This document shows positions 11,861 to 21,280 of a DNA stretch of 64,000 nucleotides, one piece after another; the stretch's first letter is position 1; every line of letters begins with the position of its first letter. The position numbers and the translations under genes were made by a program. This DNA comes from Alphaproteobacteria bacterium (GTDB taxonomy: Bacteria; Pseudomonadota; Alphaproteobacteria; UBA828), in contig CAXXMU010000006.1 in assembly GCA_963667785.2 (NCBI GenBank), forward strand, positions 704,001 to 768,000, read 5' to 3'. The notes under the pieces are model-generated. The model was not told the origin of the DNA. It did not search any database and saw only the letters and a list, made by a program, of their open reading frames with translations.

Positions 11861-13204
11861 CAGCCACTCCACGTAGCGGGCGCGCTCGGTCTCGGGCACC
11901 TCGCGGCGGAAGTCGTCGTACTCGTAGCGCTTGACCGTGGCGTAGTTGCGGCAGAACTCCTCGCCGAACCAGTCCTTCACCCAGTCGGACGCCTCGAACC
12001 GCGCGAGCGCCTCGCCCCAGTCGTCGGGCAGCCGGGTCATCTCCTGCATGTCGAGGTCGCCTTCGGCCGCGGGGCCGGGATCGGTCTCGTTGACGATGCC
12101 GTCGAGGCCGGCCGCGAGATAGGCGGCCAGCGCGAGGTAGACGTTGACGTCGCCGCCGCAGACGCGGAGCTCCGGCCGCGTGGCGGACGGGCTCTCGTTG
12201 ATGAGGCGGATCGCCGCGGTGCGGTTGTCCACGCCCCAGGCGAGCGAGATCGGCGCGAAGAGGCCGGGCACGAGCCGGCGGTAGGAGTTCGAGTTGGGGA
12301 AGAAGACGGCGGTAAGCTCGGTCAGCCTGGCGAGCACGCCCCCCATGAAGTGCCGGCAGGTGTCGTTGATGTGGTGCGGCTGATCGGGCGCGGCGAAGGC
12401 GTTGTTGCCGTCCTCGTCCACCAGCGACATGTGGAAGTGGCAGGAGTTGCCGGTCAGCTTGTCGAACGGCTTGGCCATGAAGGTGACGCGATTGCCCATC
12501 TGCATCGCCGCCTCCTTCGCGGTGGCGCGGAAGAGATGGCCGTTGTCGGCCATCTGGCGGACGGGCTGGTGGCGGATGCTCACCTCGTACTGGCCGGGGC
12601 CGTACTCGTAGTGGCTGCACTCGAGCTGCCCGTGGGCGGCGACCGCGTCCAGCAACGAATACTCCTCGGCGAGGAACTGTGTGCGCTTCTGCATCGAGTA
12701 GCACTGCACCCCGACATCGACCATCTCGTGCTCGCCATCGAGGAGGAAGAACTCGAACTCGGGCGCGCAGGTGGCGCCGTAGCCCATTGCCTCCATGCGC
12801 GCCGCCACGCGGTGCAGCACGTTGCGGGGATCGCCCTCCACCAGCCGGCCGTCGGGCCAGGTGAGCGTGCTCATCACCAGCGCCGTGTCGGGCTCGTGGC
12901 GCAGGATGCGCAGGCTGGCGAGGTCCGGCTTGGCGATGAAGTCGGCGTAGCCGATGGTCTCGCCGTAGTCGGTGCCCGGCACCACGTTGCCGGCCATGTC
13001 GAAGGCCATGACGGTGGCGCAGAAGGCGATGCCGTGATCCAGCGAATGCTCGAAGTGGGCGACGTCCATCGCCTTGCCCCGCGCGACGCCGCCATAGTCG
13101 CAATACTCGATGCGCACGCGCTGGACGCCGTGGGCGCGCAGCCAGTCGATGACCTCGTCGCTCGTGCCCGCAAACCGCACAGGGCCCGCTGCCGCCTCGC
13201 TCAT
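11858..13204 (-). CDS. Glutamine synthetase-like gamma-glutamyl ligase (PuuA/GlnA4-like)
   Basis: PEFEFFL, HYEYGPGQYE, TFMAKP, GNSCHFHMSL, WGVDNRTAAIR. Confidence 0.9.
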   Translation of the reverse strand: MSEAAAGPVRFAGTSDEVIDWLRAHGVQRVRIEYCDYGGVARGKAMDVAHFEHSLDHGIAFCATVMAFDMAGNVVPGTDYGETIGYADFIAKPDLASLRILRHEPDTALVMSTLTWPDGRLVEGDPRNVLHRVAARMEAMGYGATCAPEFEFFLLDGEHEMVDVGVQCYSMQKRTQFLAEEYSLLDAVAAHGQLECSHYEYGPGQYEVSIRHQPVRQMADNGHLFRATAKEAAMQMGNRVTFMAKPFDKLTGNSCHFHMSLVDEDGNNAFAAPDQPHHINDTCRHFMGGVLARLTELTAVFFPNSNSYRRLVPGLFAPISLAWGVDNRTAAIRLINESPSATRPELRVCGGDVNVYLALAAYLAAGLDGIVNETDPGPAAEGDLDMQEMTRLPDDWGEALARFEASDWVKDWFGEEFCRNYATVKRYEYDDFRREVPETERARYVEWL

Positions 13205-13323
13205 TCCTCACGCCCCCTCTCGCCGGCTCGCCGGGCCGTACCATAGCGGCAGAGGGGCGCCCGCTCAAAGCGGAGGCGGTGCCCGACCCGGTTGCCATGG
13301 GGCGCGATGCAGGCTAAGACGCG

Positions 13324-13342
13324 CATGAAAATCGTTCGCGTT
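13324..13342. promoter_or_regulatory. Possible alphaproteobacterial Fur-type box
   Basis: CATGAAAATCGTTCGCGTT, an imperfect 19-bp palindrome just upstream of the Fe3+ binding-protein gene. Confidence 0.35.
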
Positions 13343-13374
13343 CGCAGAATTGCCGGCGGCGAGGAGGCTCCCGC

Positions 13375-14469
13375 ATGCGCGTCGCAGCACACACCGCCCC
13401 GGAGGAGGCTCCGCCCCGCTCGGCCACCCGGCCCCGGCGGCTCCGCGCCGCTGCGGTGGCGATGCTCGCGGGCCTGGCTGGCCTTGCCGGCGTCCTTTGG
13501 GCGGCGGGCGGCGCGACCGCCGCGGACGCGCTCAACCTCTATTCCCACCGCCAGCCCTTCCTGATCGAGCCGTTTCTCGAAGCCTTCACCGCCGAGACCG
13601 GGGTCGAGGTCAACGTCGTCTACGCCTCCAAGGGCTTGGCCCAGCGGCTCCAGGCCGAGGCGAAGAACAGTCCGGCGGACGTGGTGCTGACCGTCGACAT
13701 CGGCAGGCTCGCCATCTATGCGGACAAGGACCTGCTCGCGCCGGTCGAGTCCGCGGTGCTGACCGCCGCCGTCCCCGCCCGCCTGCGCGATCCGGACGGG
13801 CGCTGGTACGCGCTCTCCAAGCGGGCGCGGGTGATCGCGGTCTCGAAGGAGCGCGTGCCCCAGGGCGCGATCGCGCGCTACGAGGATCTGGCGGACCCGC
13901 AATGGGAGGGGCGGATCTGCACGCGGCCCGGCAGCCACGTCTACAACCGCGCGCTGATGGCCTCGATGATCGCAGCCCTCGGCGAGGAGGGCGCGGAGGC
14001 ATGGGCCACCGGCCTCGTCGCCAACCTCGCCCGCCGCCCTCAAGGCAACGACCGGGCCCAGGTCAAGGCGATCCACGAGGGCCTCTGCGACGTCGCCCTC
14101 ATCAACAGCTACTACTACGGCAAGCTCTCCTCCTCCGAGATCGAGGAGCAGCGGGCATGGGCTGAGTCCATCGCCCTGGTCTTCCCCAACCAGGACGGGC
14201 GCGGCACGCACATCAACATCTCGGGCGGCGGCGTCGCCAGGCACTCGAAGAACAAGGAGACCGCGGTGGCGTTCCTCGAGTTCCTGACGCAGGCGCAGGC
14301 GCAGACGCTCTACGGCACCGTCAACTACGAGTTCCCGGTGAATCCCGCCACGGAGCCTGCGCCGACGGTCGCCGCCTGGGGCGCGTTCGCGGAGGACACG
14401 CTGCCGATCGCGCGCATCGCCGAGCTCGCGCCCGTCGCGCAGCGCGTCATCGACCGGACCGGGTGGTAA
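13375..14469 (+). CDS. fbpA: Fe(3+) ABC transporter substrate-binding protein (FbpA/FutA)
   Basis: LNLYSHRQ, SPADVVLTVD, QGNDRAQVKAI, INSYYYG, HINISG; signal peptide; SD GAGGAGG at 13361. Confidence 0.92.
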   Translation: MRVAAHTAPEEAPPRSATRPRRLRAAAVAMLAGLAGLAGVLWAAGGATAADALNLYSHRQPFLIEPFLEAFTAETGVEVNVVYASKGLAQRLQAEAKNSPADVVLTVDIGRLAIYADKDLLAPVESAVLTAAVPARLRDPDGRWYALSKRARVIAVSKERVPQGAIARYEDLADPQWEGRICTRPGSHVYNRALMASMIAALGEEGAEAWATGLVANLARRPQGNDRAQVKAIHEGLCDVALINSYYYGKLSSSEIEEQRAWAESIALVFPNQDGRGTHINISGGGVARHSKNKETAVAFLEFLTQAQAQTLYGTVNYEFPVNPATEPAPTVAAWGAFAEDTLPIARIAELAPVAQRVIDRTGW

Positions 14470-16139
14470 GCCCAACAGCAGCGCTGGCGCGCCGGGCCGC
14501 CCTCGCCCGGCCGGACAGGTGGTCGATCACCGCGCTCGTGGTGGCGCTGGTGATGGCGGCGCCCGTCCTCTCGGTGATCGCCGCGGCGACCGGCGACAGC
14601 GAGGGGCTGTGGTCGCACCTCTTCCAGACGGTGCTGCCGCGCTACGTCGCCAACACGCTCGCGCTCATGGCAGGCGTGGGCCTGCTCAGCCTCGTGCTCG
14701 GGGTGAGCACGGCCTGGGTGGTGACGCGCTACGAGTTCCCGGGCCGGCGCGTGCTCGAATGGATGCTGGTGCTGCCGTTCGCCGTGCCGGCCTACCTCAT
14801 CGCTTACGTCTACACCGATTTCCTCGACTATGCCGGGCCGGTGCAGGGCGCGCTGCGCGACGCCTTCGGCTGGGAAACGCGCCGGGACTACTGGTTCCCC
14901 GAGATCCGCTCCATGGGCGGCGCCATCGTGGTGATGGGCGCGGTGCTCTACCCCTACGTCTACATGATGGCGCGGACGGCCTTCAAGCTGACGCCGCATT
15001 CGCTCTTCGAGATCGCGCGGGTGCACGACCGCAGGCTCTTCCTCAGCGTCGGCCTGCCGCTGGCGCGGCCCGCGATCGTCGCGGGGCTCGCGCTGGTCCT
15101 GATGGAGACGGTCTCTGACTTCGGCACCGTGGACTACTTCTCGCTGGAGACGCTGACGCTCGGCATCTTCAACGTCTGGCTCGGCATGAACAGCCTGCCG
15201 GCGGCGGCGCAGATCGCCTCGCTCGCCTTCCTCTTCGTGATCGCGATGCTGGTGCTGGAGCTGATGTCGCGGCGCAGGCGGCGCTACGTGGACACCGGCC
15301 GGCGGGTACGCAGCCTCGCGCGGCTCCGCGCCGGGCCGGCGGGCAGCGCCGCCTGCCTCGCCGTCTGCCTCGTGCCGGTGACGGTGGGCTTCCTGATCCC
15401 GGTGGGCGTGCTGCTGAGCTTCGTCGTGCAAGGGCACGCCGGGCCTGACTACGGCGACGTGCTCACCGTCACGCTGAACTCGGTGGTCGTGGCACTTGCC
15501 GTCGCGGCCCTGGTGATGGCGGCGGCGGTGCTGCTGGTGGTCACCGTCGCCTACCGGCCGAGCCGCCCGCTCACGGTGCTCGCCGGCATCGCGTCGTCCG
15601 GCTACGCCTTCCCCGGCACGATCCTCGCCATCGGCGTCGTGACCTTCGCGGGCGCGGTGGATCGCGGGCTGGACGGGTTGATCGCCGGCGTGATCGGCCT
15701 CCCCTTCGAGGGCTTCCTCACCGGCGGCATCGGCCTCGTGCTGTTCGCCTGCATGGTGCGCTTCCAGGCGATCGGCTACGGCGCGCTGACGGCCGGCATG
15801 AACCGGCTCGCGCCGGACACGGTGTCCGCCGGCCGGGTGCTGGGCCTCGGGCTCTCGGCCAACCTCGTCCGCGTGATCCTGCCGCTGCTCGGCACCTCGC
15901 TGCTGGCCGGCGCGCTGCTGGTCTTCGTCGACGTGATGAAGGAGCTGCCGATGACGCTGCTGCTCCGGCCCTTCGGCTTCGACACGCTGGCGACCCACCT
16001 CTACCAGTTCGCCAAGGACGAGCTGCTGGAGGACGCGGCCGTGCCGGCGCTGCTGATCGTGCTGGCCGGCACCGGGCCTGTGATCCTGATGAACGAGGCC
16101 CTGCGCCGGTTAGGCGAGGGGCGGCGGGGAATTAGGTAA
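14463..16139 (+). CDS. fbpB: Fe(3+) ABC transporter permease (FbpB/FutB)
   Basis: Two permease repeats; YPYVY, SDFGTVDYF, DVMKELPMTLLLRPFGFDTLA. Confidence 0.92.
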   Translation: MVSPTAALARRAALARPDRWSITALVVALVMAAPVLSVIAAATGDSEGLWSHLFQTVLPRYVANTLALMAGVGLLSLVLGVSTAWVVTRYEFPGRRVLEWMLVLPFAVPAYLIAYVYTDFLDYAGPVQGALRDAFGWETRRDYWFPEIRSMGGAIVVMGAVLYPYVYMMARTAFKLTPHSLFEIARVHDRRLFLSVGLPLARPAIVAGLALVLMETVSDFGTVDYFSLETLTLGIFNVWLGMNSLPAAAQIASLAFLFVIAMLVLELMSRRRRRYVDTGRRVRSLARLRAGPAGSAACLAVCLVPVTVGFLIPVGVLLSFVVQGHAGPDYGDVLTVTLNSVVVALAVAALVMAAAVLLVVTVAYRPSRPLTVLAGIASSGYAFPGTILAIGVVTFAGAVDRGLDGLIAGVIGLPFEGFLTGGIGLVLFACMVRFQAIGYGALTAGMNRLAPDTVSAGRVLGLGLSANLVRVILPLLGTSLLAGALLVFVDVMKELPMTLLLRPFGFDTLATHLYQFAKDELLEDAAVPALLIVLAGTGPVILMNEALRRLGEGRRGIR

Positions 16140-16182
16140 GCTGCGGTCCTCTAAAGTACTTCTCAGCGTCACTTCTCAGTAT

Positions 16183-16567
16183 TCAACGGTTCGTCTTTAT
16201 TCCTGCTTTCTGAACCACAATGTGAATACGTTTGTCAGCCCTCTCTTGTGCCAATTTCCACTCGAATTCGATTAAACTGATTGCTGCTGAGACGCGTTTT
16301 TCAGCGTCCGGATAGTCGCATTGCAAGTGGATTCGACTCAGTTTTCTAAACCTAGCTTTTCCACCACGAGGAATTCTGGGTGCGATTCTTTTGAAATCAC
16401 CATCGTGGCTGATCAAAACCGCATCAATTTGCTCCGCATATTTCGCGACAACAGGATCCGGAGAATCAGGAGGAAGTTCATTCCTTAAATCGAACCACTT
16501 CATGCCCCCTCTCTTCCAATAAAAGACATACCGATTCCGTAACATTGTGATCGGCGAAAAACTTCAT
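16183..16567 (-). pseudogene. DUF5615/VapC45-like PIN-domain toxin, frameshifted
   Basis: ATG 16567 gives MKFFADHNVTESVCLLLEERGHEVVR. Removing one A of AAA 16487-16489 joins this to LRNELPPDSPDPVVAKYA...VLISHDGDFK. Low GC. Confidence 0.78.
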
Positions 16568-16581
16568 TTGGACAAATAGTG

Positions 16582-17227
16582 TTAGGCGGCCGACTTAGTT
16601 CGTTGGCGTACCGCCTCAATATCACGTGCAACTAGAGACGGATACTCTTCAAGAATCCTACGGTTGCTATATCCGGCCTGGATAAAACTGTCAATTGCAG
16701 AAACCGGAATTCTCGTGCCAGAAATCACCTCCGCGTTACGCTGAACAAACTTGCGTTTCTCCGTGTGTCCGAATTGAGACTCGTCGCGATGGCGAAGTTT
16801 ATTGGCTCGCTCCCTAATTTCTTGGGACGATTCTGGGAAGTGGAATGTGCTTAAGCGCATATTGCCCATCAGTCACATTCCGGGGGCTCGCATCTAGGTC
16901 AAAAACGACTTTGCGTTTTAGAACCGCGAGAGGAATTTCCGACCATGGTCGGTCTGAGCGTTTCTTTAGCTCCTTTGCGGCCTCACGAAGTTCCTCAAGC
17001 GGGACTCTATGCACATCTGCAAGAATTTTCAGCGTGCGAAGGCCTACGAGATCGACAAATGAGTACACACGAGCATAGGGTTTGCGACGGTCATCATCAC
17101 CAACAAATTCTGGAGGAAAGAATCCAAGACGATCCCATCTGGCCAGCCGGACTTTAGACAAGCCTGTAATTTGTGCCACGTGATCGATGCAGAATGCCGA
17201 CAGCACAGCTTCTTTAGAGCGGGTCAC
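16582..17227 (-). pseudogene. MerR-like HTH + DUF433 antitoxin (VapB45-like), frameshifted
   Basis: N-terminal part 16814..17227 (VAQITGLSKVRLARWDRLG..YSFVDLVGLR). C-terminal part has ISGTRIPVSAI..ILEEYPSL (DUF433). Removing one G of GGG 16824-16826 fuses them. Confidence 0.8.
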
Positions 17228-17302
17228 CTCGCTTGCCTCCCAACGGCCGAGATACGTTGCCCATACTACATGGTTTTACTTGGTGAGACACGCGCACTTT
17301 GT

Positions 17303-17485
17303 CTAGCTGGCCCCTGTGACCTCCACTTGGCCTGCTTCTTCGGCATCAACTGCCTGTGCCAGAGTGTCCTCTGTATCCGGATCGCGACGGCTCGCAGACG
17401 CGTGCTCGGTGCCGGGCCCTTCACCCTTGGCGTGATCCACCGCTTCCTCGAGGGACCGGATCAGATCGTCGCCGAGCTTGCCCGT
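17303..17485 (-). pseudogene. Remnant of a HigA/Xre-type antitoxin-like regulator N-terminus
   Basis: GGAGG SD, 10 nt, then ACG (likely mutated ATG) and GKLGDDLIRSLEEAVDHAKGEGPG; no HTH follows. Confidence 0.55.
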
Positions 17486-19788
17486 GTCTCGATATCCTCC
17501 GTACCGCGCTCGTCCCCACCCCCCGGCAGCGGGCCGGCCTTCATGAACGCGTTCAGCACGTTGGCGGTCACCTTCGACGCGCTGTTGTCGCAGCCGCCCA
17601 CGGGCAGCGCCTGGCCCCAGGCGATGGAGCTGGCCGACCACACCGCGCCGTCGTTGGGCGTCGTGAAGTAGGTCATGTCGGCGCGGATGCGGTGGTCCTG
17701 GGTGCCGCCCATGCCGGGGTAGTTGCAGAGGATGTCCTCCACCACCAGCGGGAAGTTGTCCGAATGGCCCTCGGAGGAGGCGAGGATCCGCGTGTGCGGC
17801 GGGGTGCCGAGCGCCAGGTCGTAGCGGTCGAACTCGATGCCGGCGGCGCCGCCCACGGCAAGCCCCTCCTCGCCGATGATGTCGCCCGCCACGCCGTCGA
17901 AGATCCATGAGACCGCGGGGTCCTCGGCATCCGGCATCTTGCGGTAGGGCACGGAGCGGTCCATCCCCTCCGACGTGAACCCGGTGCCGACGAGCTTCTG
18001 CGGCGCCCGCCCGCGCCCGCGCCAGAGGCCGCCGCGCTCGCCGTTGCTCACCATGGTGTGCTCGCCGGGGTCGGCGTTCCAGGCGCGCGTGCCCATGTCG
18101 AGGCGGCGCACCTCCATCACGTCCATGTCGCCCGCGCGGAAGGAGACCACCCAGTAGTAGCCGTTGCCCGAGAGGTACATGAGCCGGCCGCCGGCCGCGA
18201 GGTAGTCCTCGGTGGCGTCCATCATGGCCTCCGAGTAGTACTCGGCGTGGGTGGCGTTGATGACGACGTTGTAGGGCTCGAGGCAGGCCAGTCCCTCCTG
18301 GTGCAGGTCCTCGTCGGTGATCACGTCGTAGTCGTAGCCCATGGTCTCGAGCCAGTAGACGATCGAGAGGTCCGCCGGGAACTGCCAGGGCACGACGGTC
18401 GGCGCCATGCGGTGCTTCGGCCGCATGTTGAGGATGGGGCGCAGCCGGGTGGAGTAGCAGACGCCGGCGCCGTCGCGGTGGCTGTCGTAGCAGGAGAGGC
18501 CGTATTCCGGCCGCTGCCGGAGCGCCAGGTCCCACTCGTGGATCACCGTCACCTGGCTGCTCAGCACCTGCGCCATGCCGGTGTCGAGGCCGATGCGCTC
18601 GTTGGCGTAGGCGAGGTAGCTGCAGGTGGGCATCAGCATGGCGATGGGCGCGCTGGGCCGCCTCGGCCTGAGGAAGAAGACCACGTGCTCCTCCGCATCG
18701 CCCGCGCGGAGCCTCGCGGCGTAGACGCCGCTCTTTGCATCCGGCACCTCCATGGAGACGGTGGTCTCCCAGCCGCAGTCGGTGATCGCGTCCTCGTGGA
18801 ACTCGATGCCGCCGAACTGCTCCGGCGCGTGGCGGAAGCAGTCTTCGTGGCCGCCCCAGTTGAAGCCGGTCATGCCGCGCACCGGCCGGTTGACTCCTGC
18901 GCCGTCGAGCCCCAAGGCGCCGGTGTCGACGACGGTATCGCCGATGCCGGCGGCGCCATAGCCGGCGGTGGTGTCCCAGCAGGCGATCGCCTCGCCCGCG
19001 GGCCCGCCGCCTGCCGCCCGCGCGCCGTCGAGCGCGTCCCGGCCGAGCACGCCCGAGGCGACGCCCGCGCGGTCGATCTTGCCGTTGTAGAGCTGGGTCG
19101 CGAAGGCGCCCCGCTCCGGCGCGCGGTCGCAGGCGGCGGCCCAGAGGAACTCCGCCTCGGCCCTGGCCGGCGCCACCCCAAGCCGCGCGCTCGCGTGGCA
19201 GGAAAGCGCGAGCGGGACGATCTTGGAGAGGTGGTTGTTGTAGCGGTTCTCGATCGGCTCCTGATAGAGCGTCGCCTCCCCGCTCGACGGATCCCAGCTC
19301 GCCGCCACCAGATACCACTGGCGCGCCACCAGCGGGATATCGGCGGCGAGCACGTCGGTGGCGCCGGCGCCGTCGCCCGTGCGGAACTCCAGCGCGCCGT
19401 CCTCGCCGATGCCGAGCGCGTAGCCGCTGTCATCGGCGATGGACCAGCGCGTGAGCAGGCCCTGCCGGCCCTTCGCGGGCGTGCGCGGCCAGATGTAGGC
19501 CCAGAGGGTGAAGGCGCCCGCCGGCGCGAGGCGCGCATCCGGGTCGGCGACGCGCACGAAGCTCCCCAATTGCGTGTGCTGCCTGGCGACGGCATGGGTG
19601 CCGTTCACCGGCGCGTCGACCTCGCGCTCGACGAAGCCCGGACCCTCCGGGTTCTCGTCGCCGTGGATCAGGCGCACGAGCTGGAGCTCGGCCTCGTCCG
19701 CACCCTCCGCGCTCACCATGATGTCCAGCCGCTCGCCCGGCCGCGCGCTGAAGCGGTCGCAATAGCCCGCCAGATGTACCGTCGCCAT
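17461..19788 (-). CDS. dmfA2: N,N-dimethylformamidase large (beta) subunit family protein
   Basis: MATVHLAGYCDRFSARPGE, LVRLIHGDENPEGPG, LamG-like insert, SYLAYAN, GLSCYDSH, THAEYYS, YLSGNGYYW; start ATG 19788. Confidence 0.9.
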   Translation of the reverse strand: MATVHLAGYCDRFSARPGERLDIMVSAEGADEAELQLVRLIHGDENPEGPGFVEREVDAPVNGTHAVARQHTQLGSFVRVADPDARLAPAGAFTLWAYIWPRTPAKGRQGLLTRWSIADDSGYALGIGEDGALEFRTGDGAGATDVLAADIPLVARQWYLVAASWDPSSGEATLYQEPIENRYNNHLSKIVPLALSCHASARLGVAPARAEAEFLWAAACDRAPERGAFATQLYNGKIDRAGVASGVLGRDALDGARAAGGGPAGEAIACWDTTAGYGAAGIGDTVVDTGALGLDGAGVNRPVRGMTGFNWGGHEDCFRHAPEQFGGIEFHEDAITDCGWETTVSMEVPDAKSGVYAARLRAGDAEEHVVFFLRPRRPSAPIAMLMPTCSYLAYANERIGLDTGMAQVLSSQVTVIHEWDLALRQRPEYGLSCYDSHRDGAGVCYSTRLRPILNMRPKHRMAPTVVPWQFPADLSIVYWLETMGYDYDVITDEDLHQEGLACLEPYNVVINATHAEYYSEAMMDATEDYLAAGGRLMYLSGNGYYWVVSFRAGDMDVMEVRRLDMGTRAWNADPGEHTMVSNGERGGLWRGRGRAPQKLVGTGFTSEGMDRSVPYRKMPDAEDPAVSWIFDGVAGDIIGEEGLAVGGAAGIEFDRYDLALGTPPHTRILASSEGHSDNFPLVVEDILCNYPGMGGTQDHRIRADMTYFTTPNDGAVWSASSIAWGQALPVGGCDNSASKVTANVLNAFMKAGPLPGGGDERGTEDIETRASSATI

Positions 19789-19811
19789 CGCCTGCCCCCT
19801 CCCGTCCGCTC

Positions 19812-20180
19812 TCAGCCGCCGCCTTCCATCAGCGCCGCCACGCGCTTGAGGAAGACCGCGTGGAGCGCCTCGTTCTTGTCGGTGTAGATGGTGCCGTCCA
19901 CGTCCTCGGGCAGGCCGCCGTCTGCGCCCGTCGTGGTCACGATCTTGTAGGCGCGGTTGGCCTCCAGCTCGAACAGCACGTACTTGCCCTCGAACGGCGC
20001 GCGGCGGAAGTAGTTGAGCACGCGCTCCAGGTCGTCCGAGTGCTGGCCCAGCGGGCTCGCGCGGTATTCCTCGATGAGCGCCGGCGTGATCAGGGTCCTG
20101 AGGTGTGCGCGGAGCCGCCCCTCGAAGCGCTCCCGGTATACCCGGTCCCTGTCCTCGGGTAGGGCCGTCTCGCCTGCCAT
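19812..20180 (-). CDS. dmfA1: N,N-dimethylformamidase small (alpha) subunit family protein
   Basis: EEYRASPLGQHSDDLERVLNYFR...EALHAVFLKRV resembles DMFase alpha subunit; directly upstream of the large subunit. Confidence 0.85.
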   Translation of the reverse strand: MAGETALPEDRDRVYRERFEGRLRAHLRTLITPALIEEYRASPLGQHSDDLERVLNYFRRAPFEGKYVLFELEANRAYKIVTTTGADGGLPEDVDGTIYTDKNEALHAVFLKRVAALMEGGG

Positions 20181-20324
20181 GGCTCGCCTCCTCCTCGTCG
20201 CGCGCGCGCCGCCGCCCGCCGCAGCGGCGAGGATAGCCCGCGCCCCGCCGGGCGGCCATCGCCGGCGCGTTCCATGCTACCCTGCCGCCGATCGGGCGGA
20301 CGACAAGCGCAGGAGCGGCGAGGC

Positions 20325-21194
20325 ATGAAAGAGTTGGGCAGGCAGGGCGTCTGGATTTTCCCGGACGCGCCATCGGCGGGCGAGATCGCCTCGTTCGCGC
20401 AGCAGGCCGAGGCGCTCGGCTACGCGGCGCTCTGGTATCCCGAGGGCACGGGCTTCGAGAGCCTGAGCTTCGCCGGCCTGGTGCTGTCGGAGACGGACCG
20501 GCTCTGCGCCGCGAGCGGCATCGCCAACATCTACGCGCGCGACGCCATCGCCGCCATCGCCGGCCACGACACGCTCAACCACTTCTACGGCGACCGCTTC
20601 GTGCTCGGGCTCGGCGTCTCGCACGTGCCGCTGGTGGAGGGCTTTCGCGGCCACGCCTACGCGAAGCCGGTGGCGACCATGCGCGCCTATCTCGACGCCA
20701 TGGACGCGGCCGAGGTGGCGATCCCCGCGCAGGAGCGCAACGTCGTGCTCGCCGCCCTCGGCCCCCGCATGCTGGCGCTCGCCGCCGAGCGGACCAGGGG
20801 CGCGCATCCCTACAACGTGACGCCGGAGCACACCGCGCGCGCCCGCGAGATCGTCGGCCCCGACGCCTGGCTCTGCGTCGAGCAGAAAGTGTGCCTCACT
20901 CCTGAGGCCTCGACCGCCCGCAACGTCGCGGCGCAGACGCTCTCGATCTACATGCCGCTCACCAACTACCGCAACAACTGGCTGAGCCTCGGCTTCGCCG
21001 AGGACGAGCTGGGCGAGCGGGGCAGCGACCGCTTCCTCGACGCGATGGTCGCCTGGGGCAGCGCGGAGGCGGTGCGCGCGCGCATCAAGGCGCATTTCGA
21101 CGCGGGCGCGAGCCACGTCTGCATCCAGCCCCTCGATCCCGCCGGCGGCACGGCGCCGGACCGGAACGCCCTCGAGGCGCTCGCCGGCATCTGA
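20325..21194 (+). CDS. LLM-class (luciferase-like, TIGR03620-type) oxidoreductase
   Basis: ALWYPE, SGIANIYARD, LGLGVSH, AALGPRML, GAHPY; start ATG 20325. Confidence 0.88.
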   Translation: MKELGRQGVWIFPDAPSAGEIASFAQQAEALGYAALWYPEGTGFESLSFAGLVLSETDRLCAASGIANIYARDAIAAIAGHDTLNHFYGDRFVLGLGVSHVPLVEGFRGHAYAKPVATMRAYLDAMDAAEVAIPAQERNVVLAALGPRMLALAAERTRGAHPYNVTPEHTARAREIVGPDAWLCVEQKVCLTPEASTARNVAAQTLSIYMPLTNYRNNWLSLGFAEDELGERGSDRFLDAMVAWGSAEAVRARIKAHFDAGASHVCIQPLDPAGGTAPDRNALEALAGI

Positions 21195-21280
21195 GCGCCC
21201 GTCAACCGCAACCGGAACGCCCTGCGCCCTGCGCGGCCGGGCGCGCGCGCACATCACGGACGCACGTCACGGAGACCAGC

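Noticed and set aside
16480-16830. Programmed ribosomal frameshifting in the TA genes
   Set aside because: No convincing slippery heptamer or stimulatory structure; these families are normally single ORFs.
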